From positions 726-64,725 of the forward strand of contig CAZVNP010000012.1 of NCBI GenBank assembly GCA_964628285.1: a stretch of 64,000 nucleotides of DNA. The letters run 5' to 3'. This stretch comes from an uncultured Lentimicrobiaceae bacterium (GTDB taxonomy: Bacteria > Bacteroidota > Bacteroidia > Bacteroidales > JAGONC01). How positions within the stretch are numbered: the stretch's first letter is position 1; each line of letters starts with the position of its first letter. Below the pieces are notes generated by a model that saw nothing but the letters and a program-made list of their open reading frames with translations, had not been told where the DNA came from and made no database searches. This document shows positions 44,572-53,539 of this stretch, in pieces. Position numbers and translations under genes: made by a program.

Positions 44572-46920
44572 ATGAAACGATTGCTACTTTTACCAGTCTT
44601 ACTATTCATGACCGCCATGTTCCTGGATGCGCAGGAAGTTTGGCATCCCACCATGGTCTCCAGGGCCGTTTATTTTGACAAAACGCCTCCTTTGCGTGAG
44701 ATGAAGGTGATTCTTCCCGGTGAGCGTGACCGGAGCTGGAAAGAGGGTTTGGTGGAAGGCGATTACCAGGATGAATCGAACCGGCCCGCCAAAGTGGGTC
44801 AGCCGGAAGGCTTCGTCGACCCGGTGCTGCAAGGGTACATGGGGCGCCATGCCGTGCGCGGCCCCATACGCAATTTTGACGGCGTGGGTAATGTCAACGG
44901 TGTATATCCTCCCGATACCGAAGGCGATGTGAGCCCCGACTATTACTTTCAGATGATCAATTTATCATTTGCCATTTACAGCAAAGAGGGCGATCTGCTC
45001 TATGGCCCTGTCGATAACAGCACCCTGTGGGATGGCTTTATCGGATCATGGACCGGCACCAATGACGGTGATCCCATCGTTCTGTACGATCATCTCGCCG
45101 ACCGGTGGCTGGCCTCACAGTTTGCAGTGAATTGTCCCGACGGCACCTTCTGGCAGCTCATCGCTATTTCCGAAACCAATGATCCCCTGGGGTCGTGGTA
45201 CCGTTATGCCTGGCAGTATCCGGTGATGAACGACTACCCCAAGCTGTCGGTATGGGGTGACGCCTATTACGGCAGTTTCAGGATGTTCGGTTCGTATGTG
45301 CGTGGCGGCGCCTCCGCCTTTGAACGTGATGCCATGCTCACCGGCAACCCCGATGCGCGCATGGTCTATTTTGACCTTCCGGGGACCGTTGAGATCCTGC
45401 CCGCCGACGTCGACGGCCCGCCACCACCCGCCGGAGTCCCTTGCCCTTTTGCCGACATCGCCACCGGTTTCCAGAAACTTAAAATCTATGATTTCCATGT
45501 TGACTGGACCAACACCCTTAACTCTACCTTCTCACTCTCGCAGATCCTCGACGTGGAGGCTTTTAACTCGGACCTGAACGGCATCACCCAGCCCTCCACC
45601 TCACAGACCCTGGATGAGATGACCGTCAGGCTCATGTACCGTTTGCAATACCGTAATTTCGGCGATCATGAAGCCATGGTCACTAACCATACGGTGAATG
45701 TGAACAATCATGCCGGCATCCGGTGGTATGAGTTGCGGCGCAGCGGCGGCGACTGGTCCGTATACCAGCAGGGCACCTATTCGCCCGATGCCACCAACCG
45801 CTGGATGGGCAGCATAGCCATGAACGGCAAGGGTGATATGGCCCTGGGCTACTCCGTGTCGGGCAGCACCTTCTATCCCTCGGTCCGGTATACCGGCCGC
45901 ACCGCTGACGCACCCCTGGGTGAAATGAACATCCCCGAGGTGAATGTAATTGACGGCACCGGCTCACAATCGGGCACCAACCGCTGGGGTGATTACAGCA
46001 TGATGGCCGTGGACCCGTCGGATGACTCCACCTTCTGGTACACACAGGAGTATATGAAAGCGACCTGGAAGACCAGGATCGTCTCCTTCGATTTCGGTAC
46101 GTTGCTGCCGCCCGAGGTGGATGCCGGCAGCGATGACACCATCTGTGAGATAGAGTATTTCGTCACCGGCGGCAGTGCGGCCTATGCCTCCTCGGTGCTG
46201 TGGAGCACCTCCGGCGACGGTCACTTTGTACCGTCACCGCCGGCCGCCCTCTCGGTGACCTACCTGCGCGGACCTCAGGATATCGCCAACGGTATGGTCA
46301 CACTCACGCTGACAGGTTACGGCTATGAACAGGGCATGGAAGCCAGCGACAGCCTGCAGCTTTTTATCCGGCAAAAGCCTGATGTTTTTGCCGGCAACGA
46401 TACGATCATCTGCGTCAACCACACCCTGCCCCTGGCCGGCACCGCTTACCACACCCAGAGCGTCTACTGGACCACCAACGGCGACGGCACCTTCAGCGAT
46501 ACCGCCTCACTCATATCGACCTATTTCCCCGGCAGCGGTGACATCACCAACGGCAATGTCCACATCACCCTGCATGGCATACCCATTACCCCGTGCCCGA
46601 CAGAGGACGTGGACTACCTCGTGCTCAATTTCGATCCCTGTACAGGCATCGGGAACGTTGACAACGCTGACTTGCAGATGCAGATCATACCCAATCCCAC
46701 CCGGGGGATATTCGAGCTCGTTGTGAACGGATTGAAAGGGCAGGACAGTTACATCCAGGTGACAGATGTGAGCGGCAACCTTCTGTTCACGGAACACATG
46801 AGGAGCGACAACGGAACGTACCGTAAGACATTCGACCTGTCATTTTACCCCGAAGGGATCTATCTGGTGAAGGTCATCAACAGAGGGGCCGTCAGAATTG
46901 AAAAAGTGGCTTTGCAGTGA
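44572..46920 (+). CDS. Uncharacterised secreted protein (conserved ~490-aa N-domain, two Cys-containing ~85-aa modules, T9SS CTD), paralog 1
   Basis: 782 aa with signal peptide MKRLLLLPVLLFMTAMFLDAQ. N-domain landmarks are NGVYPPDTEGDVSPDYYFQMINL, GTNDGDPIVLYDHLADRWLASQFA, HAGIRWYELRR and NRWGDYSMMAVDPSDDSTFWYTQEY. The CTD reads MQIIPNPTRGIFELVV...GIYLVKV. Confidence 0.8.
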   Translation: MKRLLLLPVLLFMTAMFLDAQEVWHPTMVSRAVYFDKTPPLREMKVILPGERDRSWKEGLVEGDYQDESNRPAKVGQPEGFVDPVLQGYMGRHAVRGPIRNFDGVGNVNGVYPPDTEGDVSPDYYFQMINLSFAIYSKEGDLLYGPVDNSTLWDGFIGSWTGTNDGDPIVLYDHLADRWLASQFAVNCPDGTFWQLIAISETNDPLGSWYRYAWQYPVMNDYPKLSVWGDAYYGSFRMFGSYVRGGASAFERDAMLTGNPDARMVYFDLPGTVEILPADVDGPPPPAGVPCPFADIATGFQKLKIYDFHVDWTNTLNSTFSLSQILDVEAFNSDLNGITQPSTSQTLDEMTVRLMYRLQYRNFGDHEAMVTNHTVNVNNHAGIRWYELRRSGGDWSVYQQGTYSPDATNRWMGSIAMNGKGDMALGYSVSGSTFYPSVRYTGRTADAPLGEMNIPEVNVIDGTGSQSGTNRWGDYSMMAVDPSDDSTFWYTQEYMKATWKTRIVSFDFGTLLPPEVDAGSDDTICEIEYFVTGGSAAYASSVLWSTSGDGHFVPSPPAALSVTYLRGPQDIANGMVTLTLTGYGYEQGMEASDSLQLFIRQKPDVFAGNDTIICVNHTLPLAGTAYHTQSVYWTTNGDGTFSDTASLISTYFPGSGDITNGNVHITLHGIPITPCPTEDVDYLVLNFDPCTGIGNVDNADLQMQIIPNPTRGIFELVVNGLKGQDSYIQVTDVSGNLLFTEHMRSDNGTYRKTFDLSFYPEGIYLVKVINRGAVRIEKVALQ

Positions 46921-46970
46921 TCAATGAATCATTGTCCAGTCAGTGAAAATTATTAATCTTAAGATCATAA

Positions 46971-49328
46971 ATGCAAATGAAAAATTTATTCTTGTTTATT
47001 GCCGTGGTGGTGGCCTTTTCGGTACAGGCCCAGGACATGAAAATACATCCCGTGAGGGTTGCAAAAGCCGTCTATTATGACGTGTCACCCCCCCTGCGTG
47101 ACATGCCGTTGATCGAGCCCCGCCAGCACGAATGGAGCTGGAATGACGATGTCATTGAGAACCCGTCCATCGAGCGTGAGATGGTGAGCGAAGAGGTCAA
47201 GGCGCGGTTTGACACGGTTGTCGACCGTGTGGTACAGAAGAATATGGGCTCGCGGTCGGCACGAGGTCCCATACGCAGCTTCGACGGCGTTAAGAATGTC
47301 AACGGTGTTTATCCCCCCGATACCGACGGCGATGTCGGCCCCGATCATTATTTCCAGATGATCAACCTGTCGTTTGCCATCTTCGATAAACAAGGCAACA
47401 AGCTGTTAGGTCCTTCCGATAACAGCACCCTATGGGCGGGTTTTCCCGGGCCGTGGACCGGCACCAACGACGGTGACCCTGTCCTGCTATATGACCACCT
47501 CGCCGACCGATGGATTGCCACACAGTTCGCCATCTACACCTCCGACGGCACATTCTGGGAACTGGTGGCCGTATCACAGACGGGCGACCCCCTGGGAAAT
47601 TATTACCGCTATGCCTTCGAGTTCCCCGATTTCAATGACTATCCCAAGGTATCGGTGTGGCCTGATGCCTACTATGCTACCTTCAATATGTTCGGTGAGA
47701 ATGTGAATGCCAGCGTGGCGGCCTTCGAGCGTGAGAAGATGATCAACGGTGACCCCGATGCCCGGATGGTGTACTTTGACATGCCCGAAGCCTGGAGCAT
47801 GATGCCCGCCGACCTCGACGGGCCCCCGCCGCCGGCAGGCACTCCGGGTTATTTCGCTTTTATCGACACGTGGAACACCCAGAGCCTGGATATCTACGCT
47901 CTCCAGGTGGACTGGGACAACCCTGACAATTCCACCATGACGCTCACCGATGTCCTGCCCGTCGATCCTTTCGACCCCGATGTCAACAACATACCGCAGC
48001 CGGGCACGGGAACCAAACTCGATCCCATCAGCGACCGCCTGATGAACCGCCTGCAATACCGGAATTTCGGCGATCATGAATCGATGGTCGTCAATCACAC
48101 CGTGAGGGTCGGCAACCACGCCGGCATCCGGTGGTATGAGATGAGAAAAGATACGGGTGACTGGTACCTCTACCAGCAGAGCACTTACTCACCCGACGAG
48201 ACCAACCGCTGGATGGGAAGTATCGCAATGAACGCTAACGGTGAGATAGCCTTGGGCTATTCCGTGTCGAGCTCATCCCTTTATCCTTCGGTGCGTTATA
48301 CCGGACGGTCTCCCGACGCGCCCCTGGGTGAGATGAACTACCAGGAGATGGAGCTGGTGGCCGGCACGAGCTCACAGTCAGGCATCAACCGCTGGGGCGA
48401 CTATTCCTATATGTCGGTCGACCCGGTGGATGACACCACCTTCTGGTATACGCAGGAATACATGTCGGGGGGATGGAAGACACGCATCGGCGAGTTTAAT
48501 TTCGCTCCCGTCCTGCCACCGGAGATCGATGCCGGCAACGACACCACTTACTGCCAGAACGCCCTCTTCGTGGCCCATGCCGCCGGCATGTACGTCAGCT
48601 CCGTGCTCTGGACCACCAGCGGCGACGGACGCTTTGTGCCGGATCCGCCCACGAGCATGCTCCAGGGTTATATCCGCGGCACCGAAGATATCGCCAACGG
48701 CGGCTTCACCCTGACCGTCACCGCCCAGGGCTTCTTACCCGGGATGACGGCCGTCGACAGCATCAACGTCACCCTGGTGAGGGTGCCGTCGTGCTTTGCC
48801 GGCTACGACACCATCATTTGTAACAACGTTTCCCTCATGCTGGCAGGCACCGCCACCGATGCTTCGTCGGTGCTGTGGACGACTGACGGCGACGGGACGT
48901 TCGACGACCCCGCCCTGCTGACGGCAACCTATACGCCGGGGCAAGGCGATGTTGAAAACGGCTCCGTCAAGCTGACACTGACAGCCTATCCGCTGCCACC
49001 CTGCACCGACCCCGATGATGACAAGGTCACTATCACATTGGTCAACTGCACCGGCATTGAGGAACATGCCACAGCCGCAGTGGATCTCAGGATCATCCCC
49101 AACCCCACCGGCGGCGCCTTCACACTGATGATGGAAGGGGTGCCCGATGCTCGTCTCCGGGTCACCCTCATCAACCAGGTGGGCGACGTGATCATGAGCG
49201 ACCGCATCGACAACGCCAAGGGCCAGGTGACACGCGATTACCGCCTGTCAGGCCTGCCCGGGGGCATCTATTTCCTCAAAGTGAACGGCGATTCGTTTGT
49301 GAAGATTGAAAAGATGGTGCTGGATTGA
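46971..49328 (+). CDS. Uncharacterised secreted protein, paralog 2 of 44572..46920
   Basis: 785 aa, colinear with paralog 1. Landmarks are NGVYPPDTDGDVGPDHYFQMINL, GTNDGDPVLLYDHLADRWIATQFA, HAGIRWYEMRK and NRWGDYSYMSVDPVDDTTFWYTQEY. The CTD reads LRIIPNPTGGAFTLMM...GIYFLKV. Confidence 0.8.
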   Translation: MQMKNLFLFIAVVVAFSVQAQDMKIHPVRVAKAVYYDVSPPLRDMPLIEPRQHEWSWNDDVIENPSIEREMVSEEVKARFDTVVDRVVQKNMGSRSARGPIRSFDGVKNVNGVYPPDTDGDVGPDHYFQMINLSFAIFDKQGNKLLGPSDNSTLWAGFPGPWTGTNDGDPVLLYDHLADRWIATQFAIYTSDGTFWELVAVSQTGDPLGNYYRYAFEFPDFNDYPKVSVWPDAYYATFNMFGENVNASVAAFEREKMINGDPDARMVYFDMPEAWSMMPADLDGPPPPAGTPGYFAFIDTWNTQSLDIYALQVDWDNPDNSTMTLTDVLPVDPFDPDVNNIPQPGTGTKLDPISDRLMNRLQYRNFGDHESMVVNHTVRVGNHAGIRWYEMRKDTGDWYLYQQSTYSPDETNRWMGSIAMNANGEIALGYSVSSSSLYPSVRYTGRSPDAPLGEMNYQEMELVAGTSSQSGINRWGDYSYMSVDPVDDTTFWYTQEYMSGGWKTRIGEFNFAPVLPPEIDAGNDTTYCQNALFVAHAAGMYVSSVLWTTSGDGRFVPDPPTSMLQGYIRGTEDIANGGFTLTVTAQGFLPGMTAVDSINVTLVRVPSCFAGYDTIICNNVSLMLAGTATDASSVLWTTDGDGTFDDPALLTATYTPGQGDVENGSVKLTLTAYPLPPCTDPDDDKVTITLVNCTGIEEHATAAVDLRIIPNPTGGAFTLMMEGVPDARLRVTLINQVGDVIMSDRIDNAKGQVTRDYRLSGLPGGIYFLKVNGDSFVKIEKMVLD

Positions 49329-49332
49329 TTGG

Positions 49333-49362
49333 GCGAGAGTGGATTTTCACCTTCGCTCTTTT
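49333..49362 (+). terminator. Possible intrinsic terminator
   Basis: GCGAGAGTG-GATTTT-CACCTTCGC forms a 9-bp stem with one mismatch and one G:U pair. It is followed by TCTTTT and starts 5 nt after the stop at 49328. Confidence 0.35.
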
Positions 49363-49396
49363 ATCCCATTGCAAACAGAAGCATAAAGCTGCCTGA

Positions 49397-49870
49397 CTAA
49401 TGCCGCATCGTGCGCCAAGCCGGCATCCTGGTTCTCTCAAGAGAGGTGATGCGCTTTAGCAGCGCCTCGTCCGGAAGCTGCGCCCCGCGCATGTTCCAGA
49501 GGATATACAAGGCGCAGGCTTTAAGAAAGGTCTCTTTGGAGGTAAGGTCGTTGCCGGCGGGCAGGGCTTTCACCTCATCGTTCAGCCACTTCCTGGTCTT
49601 AGGGATGTCATCGGCAACGGATGTACAGCTTCTCATGGAAGGTATGGCGGTGAAGGCACTTGTGATGAACAGCGGTTCGAGGCCGTACACCGGGTCGCTG
49701 ACCTGGTAATAATGCATCACCTTGTTTTCCTGGAATTGTATGTCGGCCACGGGCGTCAGCCATTGGGAGCGATCCTTGGCCGGGGCGGAGTATGACAGTA
49801 TCAGGAGGAGTGATAGCGTCACTGCCAGCCTGTGAACCGAAATCGAATAATAATAACCGGGTTTGGACAT
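49397..49870 (-). CDS. Hypothetical secreted protein
   Basis: 157-aa ORF on the opposite strand to its neighbours, with an N-terminal hydrophobic segment LAVTLSLLLILSYSAPA. I recognise no family motif. Confidence 0.5.
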   Translation of the reverse strand: MSKPGYYYSISVHRLAVTLSLLLILSYSAPAKDRSQWLTPVADIQFQENKVMHYYQVSDPVYGLEPLFITSAFTAIPSMRSCTSVADDIPKTRKWLNDEVKALPAGNDLTSKETFLKACALYILWNMRGAQLPDEALLKRITSLERTRMPAWRTMRH

Positions 49871-49910
49871 AAGGGATTGAATTTATTGTTTTACAAATTA
49901 ACGTCTCCAT

Positions 49911-50060
49911 TTAACCGCAGAGGACACAGAGGAAGCGCAGAGGACGCGGAGATCCTGAAATAAAATATAATTACAAATAGAAGTTTGTCTTCAATCAACA
50001 GATCATTGATTCTAAAATTCTCTGCGCTCTCCGCGTCCCCTCTGCGTCCTCTGCGGTTAA
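49911..50060. repeat. Structured intergenic inverted-repeat element, family A (second copy)
   Basis: TTAACCGCAGAGGACACAGAGGAAGCGCAGAGGACGCGGAGA (49911-49952) faces TCTCTGCGCTCTCCGCGTCCCCTCTGCGTCCTCTGCGGTTAA (50019-50060) around an AT-rich spacer of about 66 nt. The termini TTAACC(A/G)C(A/G)GAGG are shared with the element at 39625. Confidence 0.75.
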
Positions 50061-50166
50061 AAAAATAACATTTAACAACTATCACCGTTCGATACACAAC
50101 CTCGAACATGGAAAATGGGAAATCTCATTTCGCCAAATGGCCTTCTGCATTTTTCCCTTCCAATGA

Positions 50167-50201
50167 AACGAAGAAGGCACGAAGCAATGGAGCCATTGAA
50201 C
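50167..50201 (+). repeat. Dispersed 35-nt direct repeat, family B, copy 1
   Basis: AACGAAGAAGGCACGAAGCAATGGAGCCATTGAAC matches 57935-57969 at 32 of 35 positions on the same strand. Confidence 0.8.
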
Positions 50202-50293
50202 TAAGGTTGAAAAAATTGTGATTGATTAAAGATCACCGGATAAAATTAATTCCTAACTTGACCGGATAAATTATTTTACTGAAATCCGGATAA

Positions 50294-53200
50294 ATGAGAT
50301 ATACGGTCAGGACGGGATGCATTTCAATCATCGCTTTATTTTTTCTATGTTTTTATTGCATAGCGCAAAAGCCTGTTAAATTCGAGCATCTGGGAAGTGA
50401 GGACGGACTCTCGCAGAGCTCGGTCAATTGTATCCTTCAGGATCGCTACGGCCTCATGTGGTTCGGAACACAAGACGGGTTGAACTTATATGACGGCACG
50501 ACATTCAGGGTCTTCCAGAATCAACCCGGTGACAGCACCAGCCTGTCGAGCAATTATATTGTCTCGATGTGTGAGGATATCGATAGCAATTTATGGATAG
50601 GTACACTTGAAGGCGGACTCAATTATTTTGACAGAAAATCGGAACACTTCAAGGTCTTCCGTAATAATCCGGAGGCTCCCGGTTCAATCTCGAACAACAC
50701 TGCCTGGTCGGTTCTTGTCGATTCGGAAGGAATCCTTTGGGTTGCCACCAGCAATGGATTGAACCGTTATGACCGTCATACAAGCCATTTCACCGTTTAC
50801 CTGCATCAAGAGAATAATGAAAAAAGCCTGCCGGCCAATATGGTTACAAGTCTGAAGGAGGATTCGGATAAAAGAGTGTGGATAGGCACCACGATGGGTA
50901 CAGCTTGTTATGACAGGTCCTCAGATCGTATAATACCCCTGATGAGTCAACCGGGAACTATTGCGGAGGGTGCCAATACGACCTGGTCGTTTACAGAGAT
51001 AGCAAGGGATGTGATGCTTATGGGTACTGACAATGGCGCATATATTCTTGACAGGGAAAACCAAATAACACCGGTCTTTAACGTACCACAGGGCCATCGT
51101 ATCATCGTATGGTCGGTGCTGTCCGATAGGAAAGGAGGGGCCTGGCTGGGTACCGACCAGGGATTGATGTATTATTATCCCGGTGACAAATTATTATCGG
51201 TTTATGTTCATAAGCCTACCGATACATACAGCCTGCCTGATAATACGGTGTGGTGCCTCCATATTGACGAAACACATAATTTATGGACCGGCACCAATAA
51301 CGGCATAGGCAAAACGAATATCGCCCCTCCTAAATTCAATTCACTCGTCAGGCAGGAAGGCTGCCCGTTTTCACTCTCAAATAATCATGTTAACTGTATC
51401 CTCGAGGATAAGACCGGTGGCTTGTGGATCGGCACCCAGGGCGGGGGGCTCAACCATCTTGTACCGGGTACCAACCGGATTGAAATATTTAATACAGCGA
51501 ATTCGGGATTGTCAAACGACAACATCTGGTCCATTATCGAAGACCATAACGGTGATTTATGGATCGGTGCCTATCCAGGCGGATTGAATTTTTATAATAC
51601 AACCTCAGGACGTTTCAACGTTTTCAGGAGCTATCCCGGCGGCCTCTCCAATGAGCGTGTCCTTACTCTGCTTGAGGATCAGAACGGTGTGATCTGGATT
51701 GGGACAAGAGGGGGAGGCCTCGACCGTTATGACAAGTCAACGGGTCATTTTACGACGTTTGTCCACGATGAATCCGACAGCTTTTCGATATCTGGTAATA
51801 CCGTCCTCACCCTGGCCCAGGACAAATTCTCTTACATTTGGATAGGCACTTATGAAGCCGGATTGAACAGGTACGATCCTGGAAAAAATGTTTTCACAAC
51901 CTATAGAAATTCGCCTGGTGTGCCCGGTACTATTTCAAACAACACCGTATTGGCTGTATTGCCCGACAGCAAGGGGCGGCTATGGATCGGGACGCAGGGA
52001 GGACTGAATCTGGTGATGGATCCCACCCGCGACATGACATTCATTAATTTTACTACTAATGACGGGCTGCCCGGTAATACAATCATCTGTCTGGCCGAGG
52101 ATAATCATGGTAATATCTGGATGAGTACTTTCAGGGGAATCGTGAAATTAAACCTTGACTTTCTGGAAGCCGGATTGAAAAAACACACCGATGAGCAAGG
52201 AATCCAGGAATCTCATTTTGAACCGTTGTTCCATGTTTATGATATGAATGACGGTTTGCCGAGCATAGAATTTAACCAGGGATCATATCATAAAGGTGAA
52301 AGCGGAACGATATATTTCGGCAGTGCGGACGGTCTTACCTATTTCTCACCCGACAGTGTCACCAGCAGTTCTTTTATCGCTCCGGTGATCATAACAGGAT
52401 TTAAGATATTCAACCGGAATGTCAATATCGCGCCGGTGACGCCGATGCAAAACCATCGGAAAGGCAGGCTGACAGTGAAGGACGGTTCATATTCTCTTTC
52501 ATCACCCGTCGCCTACCTTGATAATATCACCCTCACATACCGTGAGAGCGTGATTACCTTTGAGTTCAGCGCGCTGGATTATACCAGTCCCAACAAGAAT
52601 CTGTATGCTTACATGATGGAAAATTTTGACAAAGGATGGAACTTTGTGGGCCATCAGAACAGCGCCACCTATACCAACCTGGATCCCGGAGAATACATCT
52701 TCATGATCAGGGGCACCAATGCTGATGGAATTTGGAATATGAAGGGCCGATCGTTGCAGCTCATTATTTTACCCCCTTACTGGCAAACGACATGGTTCAT
52801 TGCATTGTGCGCACTGACAGGTTTAGCCCTCCTGACAGTGACCGTCATGAACCTGATCCGCCGTCAGAGGAGAAAAGCCTTGCGGGATAAGGAATTTGCC
52901 GAATTACAGCTTAAAACCATTAAAAACCAGATAGATCCGCATTTTGCCTTCAATGCCATGAATGCCATAGCCTCCTTTATTTACAGTGAAAAACCTGATG
53001 TCGTGTATAATTATTTTTCGCGTTTTGCCCGTCTCATCAGGATGACATTGGAGGACAGTGAACGCATTTCAAGAAGACTGGACGAGGAATTGGATTTTGT
53101 GAGGAACTATCTGGAATTGCAAAGCGTTAGGTACAAGGACAGATTTACTTTTATTTTTCAGATTGATGAAAGCATCACTTCTGACACCCTCATTCCCAAG

Positions 53201-53533
53201 ATGATCCTCCAGACGTATGTTGAAAATGCCATTCAGCATGGTCTGGCTCACAAGACAGGTAAGGGTACCTTACAAATAAAGGTTTTCCGCCAGGATGATG
53301 ATGTGAAAATAACCATTGAAGACGATGGCATCGGACGTCAGAAAGCAGCCGAATTGGGATTGAGCTCAACACGCCGTGGTTTTCAGATTATAAAAACCAT
53401 TATAGAACTTTACAGCCAGTTATATCATACACCTATTGAGCAAAATATAAAGGATCTGTACGATGATTCAGGGAGCCCGGCCGGGACAAGGGTGACCATT
53501 ACCCTGAAACAGCAAAATGAACATCGAAAGTAA
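50294..53533 (+). CDS. Sensor histidine kinase: periplasmic two-component-regulator propellers plus Y_Y_Y domain, one TM, LytS-type (His_kinase PF06580-like) core and HATPase
   Basis: 1079 aa. It has about 14 repeats of the type S-x-N-x-V-x-x-hydrophobic-x-D-x-x-G-x-hydrophobic-W-hydrophobic-G-T-x-x-G-L (GLSQSSVNCILQDRYGLMWFGTQDGL and others). The Y_Y_Y-like region is YAYMMENFDKGWN...YTNLDPGEY. The TM segment is WFIALCALTGLALLTVTVMNLI. The kinase core has LKTIKNQIDPHFAFNAMNAI, an N-box ILQTYVENAIQHGL and a G-box IEDDGIG. Confidence 0.85.
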   Translation: MRYTVRTGCISIIALFFLCFYCIAQKPVKFEHLGSEDGLSQSSVNCILQDRYGLMWFGTQDGLNLYDGTTFRVFQNQPGDSTSLSSNYIVSMCEDIDSNLWIGTLEGGLNYFDRKSEHFKVFRNNPEAPGSISNNTAWSVLVDSEGILWVATSNGLNRYDRHTSHFTVYLHQENNEKSLPANMVTSLKEDSDKRVWIGTTMGTACYDRSSDRIIPLMSQPGTIAEGANTTWSFTEIARDVMLMGTDNGAYILDRENQITPVFNVPQGHRIIVWSVLSDRKGGAWLGTDQGLMYYYPGDKLLSVYVHKPTDTYSLPDNTVWCLHIDETHNLWTGTNNGIGKTNIAPPKFNSLVRQEGCPFSLSNNHVNCILEDKTGGLWIGTQGGGLNHLVPGTNRIEIFNTANSGLSNDNIWSIIEDHNGDLWIGAYPGGLNFYNTTSGRFNVFRSYPGGLSNERVLTLLEDQNGVIWIGTRGGGLDRYDKSTGHFTTFVHDESDSFSISGNTVLTLAQDKFSYIWIGTYEAGLNRYDPGKNVFTTYRNSPGVPGTISNNTVLAVLPDSKGRLWIGTQGGLNLVMDPTRDMTFINFTTNDGLPGNTIICLAEDNHGNIWMSTFRGIVKLNLDFLEAGLKKHTDEQGIQESHFEPLFHVYDMNDGLPSIEFNQGSYHKGESGTIYFGSADGLTYFSPDSVTSSSFIAPVIITGFKIFNRNVNIAPVTPMQNHRKGRLTVKDGSYSLSSPVAYLDNITLTYRESVITFEFSALDYTSPNKNLYAYMMENFDKGWNFVGHQNSATYTNLDPGEYIFMIRGTNADGIWNMKGRSLQLIILPPYWQTTWFIALCALTGLALLTVTVMNLIRRQRRKALRDKEFAELQLKTIKNQIDPHFAFNAMNAIASFIYSEKPDVVYNYFSRFARLIRMTLEDSERISRRLDEELDFVRNYLELQSVRYKDRFTFIFQIDESITSDTLIPKMILQTYVENAIQHGLAHKTGKGTLQIKVFRQDDDVKITIEDDGIGRQKAAELGLSSTRRGFQIIKTIIELYSQLYHTPIEQNIKDLYDDSGSPAGTRVTITLKQQNEHRK

Positions 53534-53539
53534 AAACCT

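Noticed and set aside
49891-50109. 72-aa ORF in the gap upstream of the kinase gene.
   Set aside because: It is produced by translating straight through the family A inverted repeat, with sequence such as RRGRRGDAESAE and SSALPLCPLRL. It is a repeat artefact, not a gene.
49911-50201. Possible CRISPR array, suggested by the repeated GCAGAGGA / CACGAAG units.
   Set aside because: The units are 7-9 nt, degenerate and contiguous, without unique spacers. The arms are inverted, not direct, and no cas genes are present in the window.
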